Under the pieces are notes generated by a model. The model was given only the letters and a program-made list of their open reading frames with translations. It was not told where the DNA came from and searched no databases. Made by a program: the position numbers and the translations under genes. A stretch of DNA of 57,848 nt, taken from the NCBI GenBank assembly GCA_045577755.1, contig JAZNJA010000246.1:1-57848 (forward strand). Direction: 5' to 3'. How positions within the stretch are numbered: the first letter of the stretch is position 1; each line of letters starts with the position of its first letter. This document shows, piece after piece, positions 29,433 through 38,215 of the stretch. The stretch comes from Eubacteriales bacterium. Its GTDB lineage: Bacteria > Bacillota > Clostridia > Oscillospirales > CAG-272.

Positions 29433-30308
29433 TCAGCCGTTGCAGCCGCACTTGTTGCGGTCGGCAGTGGGAAGAGGCATGGGGGCGGGGGTGAACTCGG
29501 CGATGGGAAAGGCCATGGAGCGGAAGAGCTCACAGGGATTGTCGGGGGTGGCGGTGACACACTCCTTGTCGGGAATGATGAATTCCGAGGCAGAGATGAG
29601 GTACTGGGCGGGACGCACCAGCCGCACCAGAGAGAAGATCCCCAGAGACACGACCAGGATCCGCTTGCCGTCGTGGCGGCAGTCGCCGTCCTCGGCCTCT
29701 ATGTAAAGAGGGGAGGAGAGGCAACCGGCGATGGAGGGGGGGACGTCACAGGCGCAGCAGCAGCAGCACACAGGCTCGGGGCAAGCGGGCTCCAGCACCC
29801 GGACGCCCAGCACGATGGGATCCACAGCCTCCACAACGGCGGTGGGGACACTGCGCTCCTTGTAGCAGGGCTCAGGCTCGGCGCAGAAGTCACCGCCATC
29901 GGCGCTGGAACGGAAGATGCTGACCGAGGACTCCCCGCCGAACAGAACAACCTGCTTTTCCAGCACCGCGATCCCATCGAACTCCTGGGAACGCCCCGCG
30001 CACACGCAGGCCTCCAGGATGAGCTTGATGTAAAAGCGGATATGGACGGCGTAGAAGCCGCGGTTGAACTGGACGGGATCGATGCCAATGTAGGTCCAGG
30101 CGATACAGGCATCCTTGACACGGACCTGGGTGGTGCGCTCGATCAGCTCTTCCCCGAGGTCGGTGAGAAAGACCCGCACGTTCTCAAAGCAGTCGCGGTC
30201 GCGGCAGGAATCCAGGATGCGGTTGGCCTCCACGCAAACGGTGCGGGGCTCGCCGCCCTTGCCGCAGCCTCCGTGGGAGGCGCAGGCATGCAAACGGTTT
30301 TCAGACAT
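29433..30308 (-). CDS. Cys-rich conserved protein, probably spore coat/exosporium
   Basis: Start after GGAGG; VCVEANRILDSCRDRDC, CCCCCAC run; sigma-E/K-like promoter upstream. Confidence 0.7.
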   Translation of the reverse strand: MSENRLHACASHGGCGKGGEPRTVCVEANRILDSCRDRDCFENVRVFLTDLGEELIERTTQVRVKDACIAWTYIGIDPVQFNRGFYAVHIRFYIKLILEACVCAGRSQEFDGIAVLEKQVVLFGGESSVSIFRSSADGGDFCAEPEPCYKERSVPTAVVEAVDPIVLGVRVLEPACPEPVCCCCCACDVPPSIAGCLSSPLYIEAEDGDCRHDGKRILVVSLGIFSLVRLVRPAQYLISASEFIIPDKECVTATPDNPCELFRSMAFPIAEFTPAPMPLPTADRNKCGCNG

Positions 30309-30365
30309 GATGGTAATACCTCCGTATGAAATTGAAAAGCGGGGAGAGAGCTCGCCGCTCATTCC

Positions 30366-30393
30366 ATCATATGCGCCCTCTCCCCGTTTTGAC
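30366..30393 (-). promoter_or_regulatory. Putative mother-cell sigma-E type promoter
   Basis: GTCAAAA...CATATGAT on minus strand. Confidence 0.45.
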
Positions 30394-30485
30394 AGGATTC
30401 TACAGGGAGAGAGGCAAAGGCGCGCAAGCGCGCGTGCGGCTCTGTGAGGGAAAGATGAAATTTGTAAAAAAATCGTTTGAGGGTA

Positions 30486-30514
30486 TTGCATTTTTCAGCG
30501 TAATATGGTATAAT
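30486..30514 (+). promoter_or_regulatory. sigma-A promoter of hup
   Basis: TTGCAT-17-TATAAT with TG extension. Confidence 0.7.
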
Positions 30515-30554
30515 AGCAATACCCAAATAACAACCTTAGATTGGAGTTTTTACA

Positions 30555-30827
30555 ATGAACAAGAGCCAACTGATCAAGGCAGTCGCCGAGAAGAGCGAAC
30601 TGTCCCAGAAGCAGGTCGCAGAGACCTGGAACCTCATTGAGGCAACCATCGTGGATACCCTGAACGCCGGCGAGAAGGTCCAGCTGTCCGGCTTCGGTAC
30701 CTTCGAGGTCCGTCAGCGCGCCGAGAGAAAGGGCCGTAACCCCAAGACCGGTGAGGTCGTTTCTGTTCCCGCCTGCAAGTATCTCGCATTCGTGTCCGCC
30801 AAGGCCGTCAAGGAGAACCTGAACTGA
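30555..30827 (+). CDS. hup: HU family DNA-binding protein
   Basis: MNKSQLI, GFGTFEVRQRAERKGRNPKTGE. Confidence 0.95.
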   Translation: MNKSQLIKAVAEKSELSQKQVAETWNLIEATIVDTLNAGEKVQLSGFGTFEVRQRAERKGRNPKTGEVVSVPACKYLAFVSAKAVKENLN

Positions 30828-30828
30828 T

Positions 30829-31074
30829 ATGCGCCTCGATAAGTACCTGAAGGTGACTCGCATCATCAAGCGCAGAACCGTGGCAAACGAGGCCTGCGAC
30901 GCCGCCCACGTGACGGTGAACAACCGCCCGGCTAAGGCATCCTACGACGTCAAGGTCGGCGATATCATTGAGGTCACCTTCGGTGCGAGAGCCCTGCGTA
31001 TTCGGGTGCTGGAGGTGAAGGAGACCGCCGGCAAGGACGCCGCCTCGACCCTCTATGAAGTAATCGAATCCTGA
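30829..31074 (+). CDS. yabO: S4-domain RNA-binding protein YabO/RqcP
   Basis: MRLDKYLKV.RIIKRRTVANEAC; synteny with yabP. Confidence 0.9.
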   Translation: MRLDKYLKVTRIIKRRTVANEACDAAHVTVNNRPAKASYDVKVGDIIEVTFGARALRIRVLEVKETAGKDAASTLYEVIES

Positions 31075-31109
31075 CCCTCACCGCACGGCCCGAAAGGGCC
31101 GTCCTTCCG

Positions 31110-31138
31110 TCATAAAGCCCTTGCCGCCCGCATAGTCT
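31110..31138 (+). promoter_or_regulatory. Putative sigma-E promoter of yabPQ
   Basis: TCATAAA-14-CATAGTCT, after hairpin 31085-31102; yabPQ is sigma-E controlled in B. subtilis. Confidence 0.6.
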
Positions 31139-31167
31139 CTGTCAAAGAACCGAGACGGAGGCAGGAT

Positions 31168-31494
31168 ATGTACGAAAACGACACAAACCGCGTAAACCAG
31201 ACCGAGCCCCATGGCCGCGGACACATCCTCCGCGCGGTGGACCGCCGAGAGATCACCGTGACCGGAGTCACCGAGGTGCTGAGCTTCGACGAGGCAAATG
31301 TCCGTCTGGTGACGGTCTGCGGCACCCTGGATCTGGAGGGCGAGGACCTGCGGGTGCACGTGCTGAACGTCAAGGACGGAACCGTTGCCGTTACGGGGAA
31401 TCTCTGCGGAGTCCTCTACGAGGATACCGAATCCCGTAAGTCCGATGATTCACGACCCCGAAAGCGGGGGCTTCGCCATCTGTTCGGCGGATGA
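31168..31494 (+). CDS. yabP: Sporulation protein YabP
   Basis: ITVTGVTEVLSFDE, G.L.LEGEDLRV; synteny. Confidence 0.88.
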   Translation: MYENDTNRVNQTEPHGRGHILRAVDRREITVTGVTEVLSFDEANVRLVTVCGTLDLEGEDLRVHVLNVKDGTVAVTGNLCGVLYEDTESRKSDDSRPRKRGLRHLFGG

Positions 31495-32279
31495 GCGGGC
31501 AGGATCTTCTCCTCTCCCAGGGCGCCCTCGCGGCCATGACAGCCGTGAGCCTGGGCGTGGGCCTTCTCCTGGGCGCGCTGTACAGCATTCTGCGCTGGCT
31601 TTCCACCTTTCTTGAGGCGGATACCTACCGCGCTCTACTGCGCCGCGTCTCTCAAAAATGGAAGACCGACCGCCGAAAAGGGACGGGATACCCCACCGAG
31701 GCGGTTTCCGACGGGATCCCCGAGGAAGACCCCAAGGAGTCCCCGACACCGCCCCTCTCCCCGTCCCGTTGGCCGCCGCTTCCCCCCGACGGGGACAGTG
31801 CCGCCCCATCAGGGGACGAGACCGTGACCGAGGGGGCCGTGCCCGCTTCCCGACAGCGGCCTACGCTGTCGTTGCCCCGATTCGGCAGCCTTGCGCAAGG
31901 GGTCACCGATTTCCTCTGGACCGTCATAGCCTGGATCGCCCTGATCCTGGTGCTGTACTATACCAACGACGGACAGTTCCGCGCTCCCGCGCCCGTCTGT
32001 ATGGCCGTCGGAGTCCTGCTCTACTCTGCCGTGCTCGGTAAATGGGCCGAAAAAGCACGTGTGCCCCTCGCCGTCGCGGTCCTGTATCCCCTTTGCGTTC
32101 TGCTGATCCCCCTGTGGCACGCCGCGAAAGTGCTGCGCGACACCGCGAAGCAAAGAGAAGGGATCGCAAGAAAGGCGAAGCAACCCACCGCGCTGACGGA
32201 GAAGACAGCCAACGAAGCGGAGACAGGGAATGACTCGGAAAAAATCCATCCGAAAAACGGGAAAAACCGTAAAAAATGA
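31491..32279 (+). CDS. yabQ: Spore cortex protein YabQ with low-complexity insertion
   Basis: GLLLGALY, DFLW, YYTNDGQFR; ATGA overlap with yabP. Confidence 0.8.
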   Translation: MSGQDLLLSQGALAAMTAVSLGVGLLLGALYSILRWLSTFLEADTYRALLRRVSQKWKTDRRKGTGYPTEAVSDGIPEEDPKESPTPPLSPSRWPPLPPDGDSAAPSGDETVTEGAVPASRQRPTLSLPRFGSLAQGVTDFLWTVIAWIALILVLYYTNDGQFRAPAPVCMAVGVLLYSAVLGKWAEKARVPLAVAVLYPLCVLLIPLWHAAKVLRDTAKQREGIARKAKQPTALTEKTANEAETGNDSEKIHPKNGKNRKK

Positions 32280-32376
32280 AAACAAGCCATAGACACGGTG
32301 GTAATCGCATATTCACCCTGAATCAGGGGAAGCATATGGACGGGAATACACCTTCCAAGGACGCAGAAAGGAGCGC

Positions 32377-32754
32377 ATGATGGCAAAAAGACCCGAAGAC
32401 AGGAACGTCAAGCCCGAGGTGCCGGACAGCGAAAGCCTGTTCACGACCCCGATCACCGCCGAGCGGGACCCTGAAAAACGGCTGGGTAAATCCATGCTCA
32501 TGAAGGCTGCGCTGGCCTCGGTGGTCATCGCGTCCTTGATCATCAGCATCACCTGCGTCATGCAGGCGAACCAGCTCCGTGCCCGTACCGACGAGCTGCA
32601 AGCCGAGATCGACGACTACAAGGAGAAGATCTCCCGCCTGCAGTACTATCTCAACCAGCCCGTGGACGACGAGTACATCATCGAGTACGCCCGCGAGTAC
32701 CTGGATATGTATTTTCCCGACGAGGACGTCTACTATAACGACGTCAACGAGTAA
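32377..32754 (+). CDS. divIC: Septum formation initiator (DivIC/FtsB)
   Basis: Single TM, coiled coil, DEYIIEYAREYL.M..PDE; synteny. Confidence 0.8.
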   Translation: MMAKRPEDRNVKPEVPDSESLFTTPITAERDPEKRLGKSMLMKAALASVVIASLIISITCVMQANQLRARTDELQAEIDDYKEKISRLQYYLNQPVDDEYIIEYAREYLDMYFPDEDVYYNDVNE

Positions 32755-32809
32755 ACTCACAAGAATACCGCCTCAAGCGACACGAAACCGAGGAAAGGAG
32801 GGCTCACCC

Positions 32810-33283
32810 ATGGCGGAAAAGCAGGGGATCAAGATCATCACCCAGAATAAAAAAGCATGGCACGACTACTTCGTGGATGAAAAGTACGAAGCGGGCATTG
32901 AGCTCTACGGCACCGAGGTCAAGAGCATCCGCGGCGGCGGCATCAACCTCAAGGACTCCTACTGTCACGTCAAGGACGGCGAGCTGTATGCCATCGGCAT
33001 CCACGTCAGCCCCTATGAGCACGGCAACATCTTCAACCGTGAGCCTCTGCGCGACCGTAAGCTCCTGATGCACAAGAAGGAGATCCTGAAGCTCCAGGGC
33101 CTCATGACCCAGAAGGGCTACACCCTGGTGCCCCTCCAGGTCTACTTCAAGGGCTCCCGCCTCAAGGTGGAGATCGGTCTCTGCCGAGGCAAAAAGCTCT
33201 ACGACAAGCGTGACTCCATCGCAAAGGCCGAATCTGACCGCGAGATCGAGCGCCGCATGAAGGACAAGACCTACCGCAACTGA
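32810..33283 (+). CDS. smpB: SsrA-binding protein
   Basis: NKKAWHDY, EAGIEL.GTEVKSIR, GKKLYDKR; start after AAGGAGG. Confidence 0.97.
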   Translation: MAEKQGIKIITQNKKAWHDYFVDEKYEAGIELYGTEVKSIRGGGINLKDSYCHVKDGELYAIGIHVSPYEHGNIFNREPLRDRKLLMHKKEILKLQGLMTQKGYTLVPLQVYFKGSRLKVEIGLCRGKKLYDKRDSIAKAESDREIERRMKDKTYRN

Positions 33284-33358
33284 ACTCGTTTCTCCGAGTT
33301 CCGCAAGGAACTCTACCGATTCTCTTTTCACTTTTCACTCTTCATTTTTCTCTTATCC

Positions 33359-33726
33359 GGGGGTGTACCGGTTTCGACGGGGATTGTGAAGTGCGATAAG
33401 CGGGCCGGGCCGGGTAACCCCGTCAAAATGCCCAACCTTAAAAATTAAACGACAACAACTCTGTTGCTCTGGCTGCCTAATTGGCAGTGCCGCGGCTCAT
33501 AATGCCGCCCGTTCCCCTTGGGAGTACCGCGACCCGAGGCTGAACGTCATGTAGCGGTGCCCGTGCATCGGTGGTTCGCCATTGAGCCGATCACGCAAAA
33601 AATGGCTGCCTGTGTCCGACCTTGCGCCTGAGGTCGTCCCCAGGGAGATCTGATCAGACGCTGCGCCCGGAGAAAGTCGCATGGATCGGTTTTCGGACAG
33701 GGGTTCGACTCCCCTCATCTCCACCA
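33359..33726 (+). ncRNA. ssrA: tmRNA; tag (A)DNNSVALAA*
   Basis: 5' GGGGGTG pairs with CATCTCC-A-CCA including G3-U; T arm GGGGTTCGACTCCCC; tag ORF 33451-33480; follows smpB. Confidence 0.96.
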
Positions 33727-33745
33727 TAGTAGAACCAGTCGAACC
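33702..33745 (+). other. attL of tmRNA-integrated island (core ATCTCCACCA 33717-33726)
   Basis: Core repeated at 52484-52493; GGTTCGA (33702) and TCGAACC (33739) flank it. Confidence 0.8.
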
Positions 33746-33766
33746 AAACGGTTTGGCTGGTTTTTC
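33733..33766 (+). terminator. Island-supplied terminator for ssrA, overlapping the att arm
   Basis: AACCAGTCGAACC-AAAC-GGTTTGGCTGGTT followed by T tract. Confidence 0.75.
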
Positions 33767-33767
33767 T

Positions 33768-35282
33768 TTATGTCCTGAAGTCGGCAGAGTAAATGATATG
33801 CCGATACGTTGCGGACATAACCTTCCCCGTAGGCAAACAGAAATCCCGACGGATCTCTTGTGAGATTTCGTCGGGATTATTGTTTTGCGAATATTTGTAG
33901 AAGATCTCGATCTTGTCATCGAACAGGATGATCTTATCTATGAGGGTGTCGATTAGTAGCTGCGGCTCTGCTTTCAGCGCGTCCATCAGGAACGTCTCCA
34001 CGTCCTCCTTGGTGATCAGATTGGCTTCCTTACACTCCTCGCTCAGGATCCGCCCATTCAGTTCGTCGATCTGAAGCTCCAATTCGGTGATTCGGTCTTT
34101 GGTGGTGGCGGTAAAGATACCGGCCTCCAGAGCCTTCATGAGATTGTTCAACGCCTTTTGCGCCTTGCTTCTCTCGTCCCGTAGGAGCGTCAGAACGGCT
34201 TGTTCGCGGGCACGCTTCCGATGTACCTCGATCACCTCTTCGGCGATTACAGACAGATTCTCGGGCTTATTCAGCAGCATGAGCGTCGTGTTCAGCACCA
34301 TGTCCTCCAAGTCGGCTTTTCGGATGCTTTCCTTGGAGCAGGAGTGGTGTTTTTTCCTGTTGGAGCATTTGTAATAGTACATGGTCGTCCCGTTCTGCGA
34401 CGTACCGCTTTCGCCGTTGATGGGTCTGCCGCAAATACCGCAGATGACCTTCTTTTTCAGCAAGAACGCCACTTCTCTGCTTGACGAACCAAGCTTGTTT
34501 TTTGCCAGCATCGTTTGCACACGGTTGAAAAGCTCGGTAGGAACGATCTGCGGATAAATGTTGGTAAACACCTCGTCGCCATGACGGTAGATGCCGATGT
34601 ACTTTTCAAGCCGTAGGATCTTGTATATGGTGTTAGCCTTAAACGGTTTGCCCATGTGTGTGATCCCTCGTGCGGTCAGCTCCTCGATGATCTCACGAAC
34701 GATCTTGCCGGTAGAATAGGACTGGTACATCCATCGCACGATCTCGGCGCGTTCTTCGTGTATGATGATCTTTTTGTTGGCCGTCGTGTACCCGTAAGGC
34801 ACCTTACCGCCTGCGAAGTTCCCCTTCAAGCGACTTTCATTCTGACCACGACGGATCTTCTGGGACAGCTCAGCGGAGTAGTATTCGGATAGACCGATCA
34901 GGACGTTCTCCAGGATGATGCCGTCCAGATTCTGCGTGCCGTCGATGTTCACGGATGTTCTCTGGGTAGCCGAGATCAGGATCTTGCCATTCTTCTGAAG
35001 TCGTTGCTTGTTGACCGCCACCTCTATGGAATTACGACCGAAGCGATCCAGTGCATACACCAACACGATCTCCCACGGTTGGGGTTTATCGCTGTCGGAG
35101 AGCATCTTCTGAAATGCCGCCCGGTTGTCGTTTGTGCCGGTCATGGCTCGGTCGATGTAGGTGTCGATGATCTTCAAATCGTTACGCTCGGCAAATTCGT
35201 GGCAAACACTGAGTTGACCCTCTATGGATTGCTCAGTCTGCCGTTCACTGGAATAACGTGCGTAAATAACTGCTGTTTTCAT
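33768..35282 (-). CDS. Large serine recombinase (integrase)
   Basis: YARYSS catalytic Ser, LDRFGRN, recombinase domain PYGY, Zn ribbon CGICG...YYYKC...C, coiled coil. Confidence 0.95.
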   Translation of the reverse strand: MKTAVIYARYSSERQTEQSIEGQLSVCHEFAERNDLKIIDTYIDRAMTGTNDNRAAFQKMLSDSDKPQPWEIVLVYALDRFGRNSIEVAVNKQRLQKNGKILISATQRTSVNIDGTQNLDGIILENVLIGLSEYYSAELSQKIRRGQNESRLKGNFAGGKVPYGYTTANKKIIIHEERAEIVRWMYQSYSTGKIVREIIEELTARGITHMGKPFKANTIYKILRLEKYIGIYRHGDEVFTNIYPQIVPTELFNRVQTMLAKNKLGSSSREVAFLLKKKVICGICGRPINGESGTSQNGTTMYYYKCSNRKKHHSCSKESIRKADLEDMVLNTTLMLLNKPENLSVIAEEVIEVHRKRAREQAVLTLLRDERSKAQKALNNLMKALEAGIFTATTKDRITELELQIDELNGRILSEECKEANLITKEDVETFLMDALKAEPQLLIDTLIDKIILFDDKIEIFYKYSQNNNPDEISQEIRRDFCLPTGKVMSATYRHIIYSADFRT

Positions 35283-35960
35283 TTTGTTTTTCCTTTCTTT
35301 TCAGTCTTTAGATTTGTCTTTCGACGGGAGCGGACCAAACGGAACCGCCCAAAGAGGTCAAGGGAAACAGAGAAATTTGTTGCATGATTGTCTGCCGCTT
35401 TCTGCTTTTCAGCGACAAATTTATCCCCTTGACCTCGACGGCGGTTTCGTTTACGCTCCACCAAGGCGAAAGACAGATTCATTCTTAGTAGCACAAAAAC
35501 AGGATAGCATACTGGATTTTGAATGTCAACTTACGGGGCTACCTGGTTTTGATTAACTACTGGACAAATCTGCCACGGAGATTGAAAGTGATGATACGAG
35601 GGCTGACAATTTCACACAGCGGCGCTCCAACAAACGGCCAAAAACGAAATCTATCCAAAAAGCTGCCGAGCGTGCTCGCGGATGTACGCCCAAGCGGCTC
35701 AGCGGGCGACTCCGCGACCGCTCGGCTTTGGATTTTTCTTTTCGCTTGTTTGCGGTGCTGGCGTGTGCTTGTCTCGGCGAGGCGAAGCCGAGCCGACTTG
35801 TATAAGACAAGCACACGCGAGGGTGCCAAAGTGGATTTTCCTTTGAAAAACTCAACTGCAAGTTGCATCCCCATCGACGAGTAAGTTATTGCTTTTTTCT
35901 CTCGCATCTGCTATAATAACATCAGAATCCGGATTCAATCTATTTTTACGAGGTACACAT

Positions 35961-37043
35961 ATGACCATCGGCGAACGAATCAAAGAACTGCGAAAGAAGA
36001 ATGATCTGACTCAGGAACGATTGGCAGACTACCTTTGCGTGTCCTATCAGGCGGTGTCCAAGTGGGAGTGCGGGCTGTCCTGCCCCGATTTTTCCATGAT
36101 CGTCCCTCTTGCCAAGATTCTGCACGTGACCACTGACGAGCTTTTGGGCATGAACGAAGTGGAAGTAAGCGAACGGCGGGCAGAGTTGGACGAGCATTGC
36201 GACCACTACTGGCTCTATGACGATCTGGAAAACTACGAGCTGGCCAAGCAAGCGGTCAGTGAGTATCCAGGAGATTACAAGTACCTCCATTGGCTAGCCT
36301 CCATGGAGTATTTCGTGGCCTACGACAACAAATTCCGCACCAATCCCAAAAAGCCTTATTCCATCGAGCTGATCGACAGCTCCATCAAGCACGACAGTAT
36401 GGTAGTAGAAGGGACGAAGGATCCCGAGCTGCGGCAAAGCGCGATCTGGAATATTATGCTGGCGTATCAATATACAGGTCGCCACGAGGAGGCCTTACAG
36501 TACGCCAATATGTTTCCCGAAAAGAAGCCCATTACCCGCATGAAGGCTCTTATGGAATGTCTGGAGGAACCGGGCAAGTCTACGGCCCGACAAGCTGTTA
36601 CACAAGAAGCCTTGAGTGATCTCTGTATGGGCTTTATGGAAGCGTACCGTTTCGCCGGAGAAAAGACTCCCGAGGTCATGGCCGCGTTGGACACCGAGGA
36701 GGCTGTACTCCGCGCTGTATTCCCCGACGGCCATTATGGCAGTTTCCATTGGAGTATGTACTGTGTGTATGAGAAGCGCACGCAACTGGAGATTGTTGTC
36801 GGAGACTTGGATAAAGCTATGGAATACGCCCAAACTGCCTGTCTCCACGCCAAGGCTTTTGACAAGCTCTGCAAAGGAGAGAAAATTGTCTATACCAATC
36901 CCGCATTCGCTCTGTGTTCGGGCGAGAAAATGAACTGGATCAACAATCCCTTTTGGGAGACTGTCAAGAAGGAGCTGATGACCGAGCCCCGGTATGCACC
37001 ACTCCACGAGCGAGAAGATTTTCAAATCCTCGTCAACTCTTAA
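35961..37043 (+). CDS. XRE-family HTH regulator with helical (TPR-like) C-terminus
   Basis: IGERIKELRKK..LTQERLA....VSYQAVSKWE; promoter TTGCTT-17-TATAAT at 35889-35917. Confidence 0.85.
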   Translation: MTIGERIKELRKKNDLTQERLADYLCVSYQAVSKWECGLSCPDFSMIVPLAKILHVTTDELLGMNEVEVSERRAELDEHCDHYWLYDDLENYELAKQAVSEYPGDYKYLHWLASMEYFVAYDNKFRTNPKKPYSIELIDSSIKHDSMVVEGTKDPELRQSAIWNIMLAYQYTGRHEEALQYANMFPEKKPITRMKALMECLEEPGKSTARQAVTQEALSDLCMGFMEAYRFAGEKTPEVMAALDTEEAVLRAVFPDGHYGSFHWSMYCVYEKRTQLEIVVGDLDKAMEYAQTACLHAKAFDKLCKGEKIVYTNPAFALCSGEKMNWINNPFWETVKKELMTEPRYAPLHEREDFQILVNS

Positions 37044-37131
37044 CTGCTACCCCGCCTCGTGCGGAGTTTCTCCATATCGCATAACTTTAGGGAGCCGCAA
37101 AGCTCCCTTTTGTGTTTATGTGTAAATCGGA

Positions 37132-37764
37132 TCAGTCTTGCATGACTATATATCGAAGGTACTTTTTCTGTATGCTCTTTCTTCTGCGCCAGACAGTCGT
37201 GTTATTGACATTCTGCATCTGCGCGATCTCAACGAATCCAAGTCCGGCCATGTAGTAATTCAAGGTTTCTTCTTCTACAATGGTCAGGCGCATTTGATGA
37301 ATAATCGTATCGACCTTGGTGTAATCCTCGATCTCATACTGGGTCTCGAAGTCAATCGAAGCATCGGCGGGCGAGCATTCTTCGATGCTGATCGTCTTGT
37401 AAACGGACAGATACTCCTTCTCGATGTACCGCAGGGCGTGACGGTAGCAAGCAAAGCGGACAGTCAGCAGTTCACCTTTACGATTCTGACAGGCAAGATC
37501 GTCCAGATTATAACCGATGTAATGGCAGAGGAAGCAGATCACTTCGGATGCGAGATCGTAACCGTCCGAAAAGGTCGTGTTGTAGCCTCGGTTGCCGTAG
37601 ATGTCCTCTACGAGGCCAGCGTAAAGCTTGTCAAGAGAACGTGGATGGTGTGCAAACCGCATCATTTTCTTGATGGCTGACAATGCGATACATTCACCGA
37701 TATGCTGGACGTTGTTTTCGGTGATTCTTACGTTTTCGTTTGTGATTCTTTCTGGGGTTTTCAT
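37132..37764 (-). CDS. Hypothetical protein with C-terminal sigma-r4/LuxR-like HTH
   Basis: LTIVEEETL.YYMAGLGFVEIAQ...VNNTTVWRRRKSI; RBS GGAGG. Confidence 0.65.
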   Translation of the reverse strand: MKTPERITNENVRITENNVQHIGECIALSAIKKMMRFAHHPRSLDKLYAGLVEDIYGNRGYNTTFSDGYDLASEVICFLCHYIGYNLDDLACQNRKGELLTVRFACYRHALRYIEKEYLSVYKTISIEECSPADASIDFETQYEIEDYTKVDTIIHQMRLTIVEEETLNYYMAGLGFVEIAQMQNVNNTTVWRRRKSIQKKYLRYIVMQD

Positions 37765-38215
37765 TTTCTATACCTCCCGATTTTTATTGAGCCTTTCGGC
37801 AGGGTCGGGGGAGCATAGGTCGGGTGTTGGGTATGCTCATTTGAGGTATAGTGTGCAGATGTCAACGAGAGGTATAGATGCTTTTCAGTACACGAAAAAA
37901 TATTGCGTGGGGATAAAGAAAAAGCCAAGTATTGCTACCCGGCTCTTCTGCTATTATTTCATTTTTCAGCGATAATTTTTCACGTTGACAGCTGCGAGAG
38001 CTATGCTACACTGGACACGCCGAGAGGCGAAAAATCGGGAATATTAACATTTTATATACATTTTATGTAAAATTACATGCTATAATCTTTATATTGAAAA
38101 CTTTTATAGAAAATTATGTAAAACAAAAAGTGTACTGTAGCAAATAGGTTTTTGACAACGCAAGTATGTTGTGGTGCAATCATAATAGAAAATCATTTTA
38201 TTGAGGAGCTTATGT

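Noticed and set aside
35519-35907. Overlapping 100-120 aa ORFs upstream of the integrase
   Set aside because: No recognisable motifs or RBS; better explained by structured non-coding DNA, though a small directionality factor cannot be excluded
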